A stretch of 64,000 bases of DNA. Origin: an uncultured Armatimonadetes bacterium (GTDB lineage Bacteria; Armatimonadota; Fimbriimonadia; Fimbriimonadales; Fimbriimonadaceae). Below are positions 9,495 through 18,385 of the stretch, in pieces. The translations under genes and the position numbers were made by a program. The stretch lies in NCBI GenBank assembly GCA_903899015.1, contig CAIUHP010000067.1:9796-73795 (forward strand), read 5' to 3'. The notes beneath the pieces are model-generated. The model was not told where the DNA came from. It did no database searches and saw nothing but the letters and a program-made list of their open reading frames with translations. How positions within the stretch are numbered: position 1 is the first letter of the stretch; each line of letters begins with the position of its first letter.

Positions 9495-10439
9495 GTGGAG
9501 CAAATCCTTCTTGCTGCGCCTCGTGGTTTTTGTGCAGGTGTAGCCTACGCCATCGAGGTAGTTGACCTAGCCCTGAAAATTCACGGGGCACCTTTGTATG
9601 TGAGACATGCCATCGTACACAACGAATGGGTAGTCAAGAGCTTTGAGGCGCGCGGCGTGATCTTTGTAGAAACGATCGAAGAGATTCCGAACGGAATGCC
9701 AGTCGTATTCTCCGCTCACGGAGTCTCACCAGAAATTCGATCCCAATCCAAAGCTCGCAACCTGACTATCATCGACGCCACTTGCCCGCTCGTAACGAAA
9801 GTCCATAACGAAGCAAAGCACTTTGCCGCAAAGGGCTACTTTATGATTTACATTGGTCATAAGGGCCACGTAGAAGCGGAAGGAACCATGGGAGAAGCGC
9901 CCGACCGAATGGTCCTAGTGGAAACCCCAGAAGATGCTCGAAATCTTGAAATTCCCCATTACGACAAGTTGGCGGTACTTACTCAGACAACGCTCAGCGT
10001 CGACGAAGTGAGATCGACGATGGAAGTGCTTAAGGAGCGATTCCCTCAAATCCATACTCCGACCAAGGAAGACATTTGCTATGCGACCACGAACCGGCAA
10101 AGCGCGATTCGTGAATTGGCAGTAAATTGCGACCTCGTCTTGATCGTAGGCTCGACAACATCTTCTAACTCAAATCGATTGCGGGAGGTAGCCGAATCGC
10201 TCGGAACCGAGTCCCACCTACTCTTAACTCCCGATCAGGTTCAACCGCATTGGCGGACGAATTACAAGACCATTGGCATCTCATCGGGGGCATCCACTCC
10301 TGAACAGCTAGTTGAAGATGTGATCGGCGCTCTACTCGACGGCCATGCAGAAATTCCCGTGAACGTTCTTGAAACGATCAAGGAAGACGTCAGCTTCAAG
10401 CCGCCTCGAGACCTGATTCAACTCGCAATGTCGCGATAG
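9495..10439 (+). CDS. ispH: 4-hydroxy-3-methylbut-2-enyl diphosphate reductase
   Basis: PRGFCAGV, the Cys ligand in ATCPLVTKVH, and the SSNSNRL motif. 314 aa, GTG start. Confidence 0.95.
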   Translation: MEQILLAAPRGFCAGVAYAIEVVDLALKIHGAPLYVRHAIVHNEWVVKSFEARGVIFVETIEEIPNGMPVVFSAHGVSPEIRSQSKARNLTIIDATCPLVTKVHNEAKHFAAKGYFMIYIGHKGHVEAEGTMGEAPDRMVLVETPEDARNLEIPHYDKLAVLTQTTLSVDEVRSTMEVLKERFPQIHTPTKEDICYATTNRQSAIRELAVNCDLVLIVGSTTSSNSNRLREVAESLGTESHLLLTPDQVQPHWRTNYKTIGISSGASTPEQLVEDVIGALLDGHAEIPVNVLETIKEDVSFKPPRDLIQLAMSR

Positions 10440-10500
10440 GGCCCATCCCATTTGAGATCCATGTAGATCCCTGTTCTAATGCCTTGCTTCGCGCAAGGTA

Positions 10501-11961
10501 TTAGGACTGTTCGTAAGTTTCAAACGGATCCAGCATCTCGACGTAGTTGTATCGATCCAGGGCCACTCCATTCCAATCAAAGGCATAGAATCGTGGGCCC
10601 TTGCGTTTGATCACTCTCTCAACCAGTTGTGAGCGACCTTTCGCGCGCGTGTTTTGAGGTGGGTCAGTCATCGCGGTCACGATATCAAGGTTATCAAGCA
10701 ATCGCTTGGTGTTGCCCATCTGCTGCCAAGCATGAAAGAGGCTCTTCTCCGGATCGATGTTGTGATATTCGAGATCAACTGAATGAAGTGCATCGTCTTG
10801 CCAATCGAGCCCTTCTTCTTCGCGGTATTGATTCACGATACTGAGCTTGGCAACCCAGTCAATTCGGTCCCCCATCGCGAGTGGATCTTTTGCCAATCCG
10901 TCGAGCGTGCTTTCCCACTCCTGTAATATCCAATCAGTTTGCTCGCTCTCTCCCCGATAGATCTGAGCCATCGCCAGGTATTCCCGCTGAAGGTCAATTG
11001 CGGTCATCGTTTTGCCGTCAGACATCTCCACGAGCCAGCGGTACGATGCGTCACGACTGACCTCTCGAAGCGTTCTGAGAGGGTGATTCATCGTCCACTT
11101 GGAATCAATCAGATGATCTTCTGCTAGCCTCAGAACGAGCATGGTTGTTCCAATCTTCAGAGCATAAGCGTATTCGTTTTGGTTCGATTCCCCGAATAGA
11201 AGGTGCAAACGAGTCATCCCTTCGTGTGAGTAAAAGTGTTCCCATTTAGGATTGATCAGGGCTCGATTGAATCGAACGCGACTGGCAATCGTTTTTAAGA
11301 TATGATCGGCTCGCTGACTTAGCTGAAAGTCCACTTCCCAATCGGGCACGACCCCATAAACCTGGGAAACCCAAATGTAATCCACTGGGTTGTCCATCAC
11401 ATCTTGGTAAGAAGGCCGCAATACGCTTTGAGTAAGAATGTGACCGCCTACTCGCCCGACGCCCGCGAAAATCTGTCGAGTCACCAAGAACGGATAAAGC
11501 ATGTTCACCGAGGTGTTAAGGAACTCGTCATCGCCTCGTACCAGGTAATTCTCGTGGCACCCGAATGTATGGCCACCAAAATGGTCCACTGAATTGTTGT
11601 AGATGCTCACCACGTCTTCGAGCCCTAACTCATTAATTGCTCGGACAATTTGACGCTGGCCGGCCCGATCGTTGGCAACCAAGTCCGTAAGGTTCCGGCA
11701 CTCTGCTGTTGCGTATTCGAGGTGTGATCCAACCGCATCGATGTACAACCTCGCTCCGTTCATCAAGAATCCGCCGGACTGGGCAGGTTCGAAGACGTCA
11801 TCCCGTGCATGAAGGTCGATTGCCCCAAGTTTCAGGTCATGAAAGAGATAGTTCTTGATGGTCTCGACGGCAATTTCAGGCGTGCCATAGGTTTCATCCG
11901 ACACAAGACATCCAAATTCTGTCTCAACCCCAAATATCCGATCGCCTGGCTTTTTCGACAT
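10501..11961 (-). CDS. Pup-ligase/deamidase family protein (PafA/Dop-like)
   Basis: 486 aa. RIFGVETEFG, GARLYIDAVGSHLEYATAEC and GCHENYLV match the carboxylate-amine ligase core of the PafA/Dop family as I remember it. Confidence 0.8.
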   Translation of the reverse strand: MSKKPGDRIFGVETEFGCLVSDETYGTPEIAVETIKNYLFHDLKLGAIDLHARDDVFEPAQSGGFLMNGARLYIDAVGSHLEYATAECRNLTDLVANDRAGQRQIVRAINELGLEDVVSIYNNSVDHFGGHTFGCHENYLVRGDDEFLNTSVNMLYPFLVTRQIFAGVGRVGGHILTQSVLRPSYQDVMDNPVDYIWVSQVYGVVPDWEVDFQLSQRADHILKTIASRVRFNRALINPKWEHFYSHEGMTRLHLLFGESNQNEYAYALKIGTTMLVLRLAEDHLIDSKWTMNHPLRTLREVSRDASYRWLVEMSDGKTMTAIDLQREYLAMAQIYRGESEQTDWILQEWESTLDGLAKDPLAMGDRIDWVAKLSIVNQYREEEGLDWQDDALHSVDLEYHNIDPEKSLFHAWQQMGNTKRLLDNLDIVTAMTDPPQNTRAKGRSQLVERVIKRKGPRFYAFDWNGVALDRYNYVEMLDPFETYEQS

Positions 11962-12047
11962 ACGACTAGATACTACAAGAAGCTCGGTTTAGTTCGTTCG
12001 AATTTCTGACGTACGGTTGAGGGGGCATTCGCGGTATCCTGACATCC

Positions 12048-12860
12048 TTGAGCAACAAGGCGCTGAACAAACCAGAAGGCTTCCTGCAGTGCGCAAACTG
12101 CAAAAAAATCATCTTCTCGGTTGACTTTGAGCAGAATTTGCGCGTGTGTCCGTACTGCGGGCACCATCATCGGCTTTCTGCTTCTCACCGAATCGAGATC
12201 ACATTTGACGCTGGAAGCTTCGTCGAATTGGACCAAGACATCCGATCACTCAATCCCCTTGAGTTTCCTGAATACGCAGAGAAACTCGCGGCCGCGATTG
12301 AGAAACAGGATGCGTACGACTCGATGACTAGCGGTACCGCAGCACTCGACGGACTCCCCGTGTCCGTTGCAGTCGCCGATTTTCACTTCATGGGCGGCTC
12401 AATGGGGTCTGCAAACGGTGAGAAAATCACGCGTACCCTTGAAAGAGCTGCCGAAACCGGACATCCTGCGATCATCTTCTGCGCCTCAGGCGGAGCCCGC
12501 ATGCAAGAGGGCCTCCTCTCGCTGATGCAGATGGCCAAAACAACTGCGGCCGCTCAACGATGTTCGCGAGCAGGGGTCCCCTTTATCTCCGTCTTCACCG
12601 ACCCTACAATGGCCGGTGTTTTGGCGAGCTATGCCTCTATCGCTGACGTCATCCTATCGGAGCCGAAAGCGTTGGTTGGATTTGCAGGGCTACGCGTCAG
12701 TAAGCAAGCCGGCGTCGGTAAAGTGCCAGACGATTTTCAGACCGCCGAGTTTGGTTACAACCACGGCATGATTGATCGAATCGTTGCGCGTAAAGAAATG
12801 CGCACAACCTTAATTCATCTAGTTAAGACTTTGGGAGGCGCCAAGCTGAATGGCAAATAG
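12048..12860 (+). CDS. accD: acetyl-CoA carboxylase carboxyltransferase beta subunit
   Basis: N-terminal C4 zinc ribbon (CANCKK..CPYCGHHHR) and a carboxyltransferase domain (GGSMGS, GGARMQEG). TTG start. Confidence 0.92.
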   Translation: MSNKALNKPEGFLQCANCKKIIFSVDFEQNLRVCPYCGHHHRLSASHRIEITFDAGSFVELDQDIRSLNPLEFPEYAEKLAAAIEKQDAYDSMTSGTAALDGLPVSVAVADFHFMGGSMGSANGEKITRTLERAAETGHPAIIFCASGGARMQEGLLSLMQMAKTTAAAQRCSRAGVPFISVFTDPTMAGVLASYASIADVILSEPKALVGFAGLRVSKQAGVGKVPDDFQTAEFGYNHGMIDRIVARKEMRTTLIHLVKTLGGAKLNGK

Positions 12861-13188
12861 CCCACAAGATCCCAACGTTTTAGGACTTCTACAAGGCGCG
12901 CTATCGCAGGCTGAAGCAATTCAAGTGCGTATTGCTGCGGGAGAAGAGGTCACCGAAAGAGAGTTGAATGACCTCGCTCACCTTCTCGCTACTCAGATGG
13001 AAGAAGTTCGAGTCAAGCTCGAATCCGAATTCGGCCCAATCGACCCCGATGCACTCGATGCCCAAATGAAGCAAGATTTGAGCCCCGAAGATTATTCCGA
13101 ATGGGCAGCTGGCGAAAGAGAAAGATTACAGTTTAAGAAGGAATTCGGCCTAGCCTCACCTTCATCCATTCCCGGGGGACTGAACTAA
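12850..13188 (+). CDS. hypothetical acidic protein (112 aa) between accD and accA
   Basis: The ORF fills the entire accD-accA spacer in a third frame. Its ATG lies 11 nt inside accD and its TAA ends 1 nt before the accA ATG. No recognisable domain. Confidence 0.55.
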   Translation: MANSPQDPNVLGLLQGALSQAEAIQVRIAAGEEVTERELNDLAHLLATQMEEVRVKLESEFGPIDPDALDAQMKQDLSPEDYSEWAAGERERLQFKKEFGLASPSSIPGGLN

Positions 13189-13189
13189 G

Positions 13190-14173
13190 ATGTCGAAGAC
13201 ACATAAAGAATGGGAGCGCCCCCTTAACGAGCTTGAAGACGGAATCATCAAGCTCAAGGAAGTTTCCAAAAAAGAAAAGGATCCTCAAAAACGAGAGGCA
13301 CTTGAAGCTAAGATTGCCGATTACGAAACTCGGCGAGATCGTTACGTCGAAGTGATGTACTCTAATCTCGGCGCATGGGAAAAGGTTCTCGTCGCCCGAG
13401 CCGAGAAGCGTCCTTATACATTGGACTACATACAGGCCATTTTCCATAATTACGTAGAGCTTCAGGGCGACCGTAATGGATTTGTCGACCACGCAATCGT
13501 GGGTGGCCCCGCAATGCTGGATGGCCGTCCAGTGATGATCGTCGGTCACCAGAAAGGTCGAAACATTCAGGAACGACAGCTAAGAAATTTTGGCTATGCG
13601 CGACCGGAAGGTTATCGAAAGGCTATTCGGCTTTTTGAGATGGCAGAACGGTTCCGTATGCCGGTTATCACGTTGGTGGATACCCCAGGAGCCGATGCTG
13701 GCGTTGAGGCAGAGTCACGAGGCATCAGTGAAGCTATCGCTGCGGCCATCTTTAAGATGTTTGAATTGACGGTACCTTCCGTGTCCATTGTGATCGGAGA
13801 AGGTGGCAGCGGCGGTGCCATTGGCATCGCAGCATCGAACCGTGTCTTGATGCTGGAGCATTCGATTTACTCCGTCATTGCTCCTGAAGGCTGTGCGTCT
13901 ATTCTGTGGCGGCAAGCCGATCGAGGTGCAGATGCGGCGAAAGCGCTCAAACTCACCGCCAATTCCGCTTTAGAATTTGAACTCATCGACGAAATCATCC
14001 CCGAGCCAATCGGTGGTGCTCACCGCGATTGGCCAACCGCCTGCGCAAACGTCAAGGGCGCGATTCTTAAGCACTTGGGTGAACTGGATCAACTAAGTCC
14101 CAGCGCGATCTATGAAGATCGCTATGCTCGCTTCAGAAAGATGGGAGTCTACGAAGATATCTTCGGCTCATAA
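13190..14173 (+). CDS. accA: acetyl-CoA carboxylase carboxyltransferase alpha subunit
   Basis: 327 aa. VDTPGA, IGEGGSGGA and SVIAPEGCASILW motifs of AccA. Confidence 0.95.
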   Translation: MSKTHKEWERPLNELEDGIIKLKEVSKKEKDPQKREALEAKIADYETRRDRYVEVMYSNLGAWEKVLVARAEKRPYTLDYIQAIFHNYVELQGDRNGFVDHAIVGGPAMLDGRPVMIVGHQKGRNIQERQLRNFGYARPEGYRKAIRLFEMAERFRMPVITLVDTPGADAGVEAESRGISEAIAAAIFKMFELTVPSVSIVIGEGGSGGAIGIAASNRVLMLEHSIYSVIAPEGCASILWRQADRGADAAKALKLTANSALEFELIDEIIPEPIGGAHRDWPTACANVKGAILKHLGELDQLSPSAIYEDRYARFRKMGVYEDIFGS

Positions 14174-14187
14174 GCACTCTTTCGTCC

Positions 14188-14210
14188 GTGGCTCAGATAA
14201 CCTGAGCCAC
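14188..14210 (+). terminator. hairpin downstream of accA (possible terminator, no U-run)
   Basis: 9-bp stem GTGGCTCAG / CTGAGCCAC with a 5-nt loop, 15 nt after the accA stop. It is followed by AGAAAAGG, not a T-run. Confidence 0.35.
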
Positions 14211-14764
14211 AGAAAAGGACCCAGCCTATTTACTAGGTATTGCCTTACAAACATTTATTAACACAGTTAATTTGATAGATCGCTTGTCGATTCTCAGTTC
14301 AGACAATCAGGAGATTTCTCTCCTAATCGGAACTGGAAATGACTTGGAAATCAACGATCTCTCAAATTGTTAATATCGCTCACCCGTTTCCCACCATTCT
14401 CGTATCGATAAGCCTCGTCCCGTTGGCACTTGCTTGCGTTGCCGCGGCATTTGGCAACGAAACACATCTCTCAGAATTCGACCATACAAAGGGAAATGGA
14501 GAGCCGTACTTTAGGCAAGCAAAGTTTCTCCGAAGATCCGATCGCAATGGCGGGATATTCTCGCATGCTTCCCAATCGTCGACGTCCAGGTAAAGGCAGG
14601 CGGCGAAAGCGAGCTCGATAGCCGGGCCTTCCGCCCAAACCCTAGAAGCACCGACCAAAAATCAAAATTGAAGTCGGTGAGGTTGGCATCTTCGCAAATC
14701 GGTTGTAAAGTAATAGTATCTCCCCCGTCTGCTGTATCAAAGCACCCTGTCGAGGTGAAGCTAG

Positions 14765-15193
14765 ATGACCGCACTGCCGATTCCTAAACCACGCACGTCA
14801 GGTGGACGTCCGCCAATCGATCCCCCTATAAGAACCACGTTTGACTCTTCTTCGGGCGACTCTGAAGAGGAAATGCATCGGGTTTTCGCCGATAGCGTCA
14901 AGCACTTACTGAAGCATGCTGAAAACAGCACTCCCGAGCGATTGCCGCTCTATCTCACGCTAATCCAGATGCGCCGTAAAGCCATTGAGAAGGAACTTCG
15001 GTTCGAGAGACTCCTCGCGCCCGATACGCTACCCCCGTTGCTTCGCGATTTCTATTCACTTGAGGGGCTCTTTCAAGAAGATGAAGCGATTCGTACCTAC
15101 AAATCACTCTTAGAAACCCTTCAGATAGCAGAACAATCGGTTCTAGCAAAGATGCGAGATCAAAATGTAGAGCTTCCCGCGTCTGAACTTTAG
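14765..15193 (+). CDS. hypothetical protein (142 aa)
   Basis: Open frame whose stop TAG abuts the next ATG (TAGATG). Pro/Ser-rich N-terminus followed by a helical-looking region. No motif recognised. Confidence 0.5.
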   Translation: MTALPIPKPRTSGGRPPIDPPIRTTFDSSSGDSEEEMHRVFADSVKHLLKHAENSTPERLPLYLTLIQMRRKAIEKELRFERLLAPDTLPPLLRDFYSLEGLFQEDEAIRTYKSLLETLQIAEQSVLAKMRDQNVELPASEL

Positions 15194-16141
15194 ATGCAGG
15201 AGCCCGACTCGATCGAATTGACCCCGGAAGAGCAAAAAGCCGCCGATGAGCAGGCCGCTCTAAGAGCCGAGCTTTCACGCTTACAAGCTAAACGCGCCCA
15301 AACTAAGGACCGAGATATTATCGCCGTCCTCGACATGCGCATCAACCAGATTGAGCCATTATTGCCTCGATTGCCCGATGCCGACCGAGAGGCCCTTGAG
15401 GCCGCCACTAAGAAAGAGGAGGAAGAAGAAGCTCTCGAGCTTGCGAATCTGCCTATTCCGACTCCCGCCGAAGTCGAACAAGCCGAGCGACTGATCCGAC
15501 AATCGCGACTTGAAGCTCAACGGGGCAATAAGAATGGCGCAACGGACCTATTGAAGAAAGCTATCGAGGTCGCGCCAGGCTCCCCAGTGGTGATCGAGAC
15601 CATGGCCGACGACCTTCTAGCTCGAAAGAAGTATAAGGAAGCACGGGCGATGCTCAAGCGAGCTCATATGCTCGATCCAAAGAACGTCGCTCTCGAACGC
15701 AAATGGGCGGAAAGCGTTTTCTTCGGGGGGCCTCAAATGTCGATTGAAGCCCAGTTGAGAATGGGGATGAATGATTCCCTGTTTCTGACTGGAAACGACA
15801 ATGTAGCCGGCATCGTTGCGGCCCGGCTCCTCTCTGCCTTCGTGCCTGGCGTCGGACAGATGGTTATCGGTCGAACCACGAAGGGGCTCATCCTTTTTGC
15901 GACCTACATTGTGTGCTTTGGTCTAATCGTCATCTGGCAAAACGACTTCAAGTCATTGTTGCTAATGTTTTCGAAGAATCACACGTCTTCAACCAACCCG
16001 TTGATTTTCATCCCGATAGCGGGATCCATCATCGTATGGATCATTGCCATGGCCGATCTATCGGGAGGTCAATCGAAGGTGAGCGCTCGACACAGTAAAG
16101 TTGATCGCCCTAAGCCTCCCGTTGACCTTCCGTTTGATTGA
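15194..16141 (+). CDS. TPR-like repeat membrane protein
   Basis: 315 aa. Charged coiled-coil-like N-terminus, TPR-like helices (KKAIEVAPGSP..KKYKEARAMLKRAHMLDPKN) and a C-terminal hydrophobic pair with a PGVGQMVIG motif. Confidence 0.65.
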   Translation: MQEPDSIELTPEEQKAADEQAALRAELSRLQAKRAQTKDRDIIAVLDMRINQIEPLLPRLPDADREALEAATKKEEEEEALELANLPIPTPAEVEQAERLIRQSRLEAQRGNKNGATDLLKKAIEVAPGSPVVIETMADDLLARKKYKEARAMLKRAHMLDPKNVALERKWAESVFFGGPQMSIEAQLRMGMNDSLFLTGNDNVAGIVAARLLSAFVPGVGQMVIGRTTKGLILFATYIVCFGLIVIWQNDFKSLLLMFSKNHTSSTNPLIFIPIAGSIIVWIIAMADLSGGQSKVSARHSKVDRPKPPVDLPFD

Positions 16142-16909
16142 TTACTCAAAGAGCCGAGTGAATTTCTCGCCGTTAGAGGCTATCGTGTTGCCATCCATAT
16201 AGCAAACACTGAATGCGCGGCGAGAAATTTCGGTTTGATTGATATCGGAACTATGAATTAGCCAGTTGTGTAGCAACGCAACTTCGCCGGGCTTGAGTTC
16301 AAGAAATACCGTCTTATCGGGCGTACAAAGTTCAGCCGCTTGCTCCTCCGTTAGAAACCCTGACGAATGTTCAGGATTCACGAGGCCCCCTTTATGACTT
16401 CCTGGGATCACTTCAACGCATCCGTTAGCCTTGGTTGCCGGATCCAAAGCTGTCCATAGTGTGATAAGGGGTTGTCGGTCGAGATTTGTCCACGCGTCTT
16501 GATGCCATGGCAGCTTGGTGCCTTGCTTGGCAGGCTTGTTCATGAACATCGCTCGGAAGCAACCAATAGGCGTATCGGCACCATGGACTCGCGTGCAAAT
16601 CTCTCTAAAGATCGGGCGTTCCAGATATTCCAAAAAGAGATCGTCAATTTCTAGGTTTTGGATCTTTCGATACGCGAGGGTTTCTCCTTTCCAGCCATTT
16701 GACTGAGTTCCCGCGTCGTTATATTTTCCGGTCGTACTGTCAAGCTGCATCATCAACTTGTCGTAGTTCAGTTTTGCCTTACCGAGCATGATTTCGTCGA
16801 TTCGATTTTGCAAGGCGGTGAGGTCTTCGTCGCTGAGTAGCTTCCCTAGAACCAGGTAACCATCCTCTTCATACTGCGCCCAAGCTTCTTCACTGATATG
16901 GGTGTTCAT
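16142..16909 (-). CDS. phytanoyl-CoA dioxygenase (PhyH) family Fe(II)/2-oxoglutarate oxygenase
   Basis: WHQD (HxD facial triad) and a later VIPGSH histidine. The N-terminal YEEDGYLVL is typical of PhyH. ATG at 16909 preferred over the GTG at 16951. Confidence 0.8.
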   Translation of the reverse strand: MNTHISEEAWAQYEEDGYLVLGKLLSDEDLTALQNRIDEIMLGKAKLNYDKLMMQLDSTTGKYNDAGTQSNGWKGETLAYRKIQNLEIDDLFLEYLERPIFREICTRVHGADTPIGCFRAMFMNKPAKQGTKLPWHQDAWTNLDRQPLITLWTALDPATKANGCVEVIPGSHKGGLVNPEHSSGFLTEEQAAELCTPDKTVFLELKPGEVALLHNWLIHSSDINQTEISRRAFSVCYMDGNTIASNGEKFTRLFE

Positions 16910-16929
16910 GGAAACAAAGAATACGTCGA

Positions 16930-17739
16930 ATGCAGAATAAATCCTATACACTCGATGAACACTCTTTTATACTATTTGCTCACATGGACGAACTCTCTTT
17001 CATCGTTGGGACCCACGTCGAGCGTGCCACACACCTAATAGCTAAGCACCTCGTAGGATATGCGACCATGCAATACATGGATCAGGGCAAGCTGTTTGTC
17101 CAATATGATCGACGTGAGTATTCTCTTGAAGGAAAATGGTTTTGGCCCTGTTATCCTGGCCCCTATACTGTGTTCCATCGAACTGCCGATTGTCTCTTTT
17201 GGAACCATCGCCATCTGGCATTTCAAGGCTCGCTCGTGGCCCAATGGATGGCTACTGGGTTATGGCCAACGGAACCGCAACCAGCTCCAACCTCTCGTGA
17301 CTGGGCTCTCTACTTCGACGAAATGTCTCGCCTTGCAATGACTCCCACGCGAATTGCACGGTTACGTGCGCTGAACATGCTTGAAGGACTCCTTCTTGAG
17401 CTCGCCGAAGCAAGAGAAACCCCTATCAAGAACGAGCCATGGCTGGAGTCAGTGCTCACAGAAATGAGCCAAGAAGGCACCGACTACACTAAAATTGCGC
17501 GTACCCAGGGAATGGCACTCAGCACTTTCAGGAGACGCTTTTTAAAAGCCACCGGCACATCGGTCCATCAGCACACATTGCAAATACGGGCCACCAAAGC
17601 TAGGACCATGCTGATCGAAACTGACCTTCCAATTAAAGCGATTGCTGACAGCTTAGGCTATCAGAATGTCTTCTACTTTTCACGGCAGTTTAAGCAGCTA
17701 ATCGGCGTCAGTCCGGCCCAATTTCGGGCGAGTAAATAG
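16930..17739 (+). CDS. AraC family transcriptional regulator
   Basis: C-terminal double HTH (IADSLGYQNVFYFSRQFKQLIGVSPAQFR). Divergent from the PhyH gene. The start could instead be ATG 16984. Confidence 0.85.
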   Translation: MQNKSYTLDEHSFILFAHMDELSFIVGTHVERATHLIAKHLVGYATMQYMDQGKLFVQYDRREYSLEGKWFWPCYPGPYTVFHRTADCLFWNHRHLAFQGSLVAQWMATGLWPTEPQPAPTSRDWALYFDEMSRLAMTPTRIARLRALNMLEGLLLELAEARETPIKNEPWLESVLTEMSQEGTDYTKIARTQGMALSTFRRRFLKATGTSVHQHTLQIRATKARTMLIETDLPIKAIADSLGYQNVFYFSRQFKQLIGVSPAQFRASK

Positions 17740-17740
17740 C

Positions 17741-18385
17741 TCAGTCAGCTACTTTGTCACTTAACCGTAGCCGCATCGCTTGAAGCTCTTTCACGAGCTC
17801 TTGCTGAGACGTCGTCGCCGTAAGATCACTTCGCGTCCGTTCGATCACAGCACGCAACGCGTCACATGTACGCCTCAAGCCTCCGGTCATGGAATCCGCA
17901 TAATCGAATGTGATGAGATCGTCGTAAATCGTCTCCATCTGGCGAAGAATGACTGACGCCTCTTCAATGTTTCCACGCCGCATTTCATCGAGCGCAAATC
18001 TTCGGACTTCGCTGGCTGCTTCACCCATGCCATTCAGGTAGCTCATGATTTGAGCGCCCAAGTCCTTTGCTGAGGGATAAGGCCGACCTTGGACAATCGC
18101 AAGTACAGCGGCCGCTTCGACCATCTCTTTCTCGGTATCGTGCAAATAGGCTGGATTTAGTTCAGGATGAGGCTTTAAAATCTCTCTCGCCTGGTTGGCA
18201 ACAACCTTTGCCTCTTCAAGCAATTGCTCGGCTTCGACAAACTGGTGGCGATGAACGTGGCGAATCGACTTTGCCGCTAATTGGCCCAGTTTTCGACACT
18301 GAACCAGCACCGCTTCCCTTGCCTCATGCATGCCTTGAGCTTGCTCCTTAAGTTCGCTTACAATTGCTTCCCAGTTATCCGCCAA
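17741..18385 (-). CDS. translin/TRAX-like family protein
   Basis: 214 aa, all helical-looking. YLNGMGEAASEVRR and GGLRRTCDALRAVIERTRSDLT resemble the archaeal/bacterial translin family signature. TTG start with GGAGG 5 nt upstream. Confidence 0.6.
   Translation of the reverse strand: MADNWEAIVSELKEQAQGMHEAREAVLVQCRKLGQLAAKSIRHVHRHQFVEAEQLLEEAKVVANQAREILKPHPELNPAYLHDTEKEMVEAAAVLAIVQGRPYPSAKDLGAQIMSYLNGMGEAASEVRRFALDEMRRGNIEEASVILRQMETIYDDLITFDYADSMTGGLRRTCDALRAVIERTRSDLTATTSQQELVKELQAMRLRLSDKVAD

Noticed and set aside
12850-13188. The 112-aa ORF ends in ...IPGGLN and lies about 900 nt from the Pup-ligase-family gene, so I considered it as a Pup-like tag.
   Set aside because: Pup ends in GGQ or GGE at the very C-terminus and is about 60-70 aa. 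Here two extra residues follow GG. The gene is on the opposite strand and embedded in accD-accA, which does not support a Pup identity.
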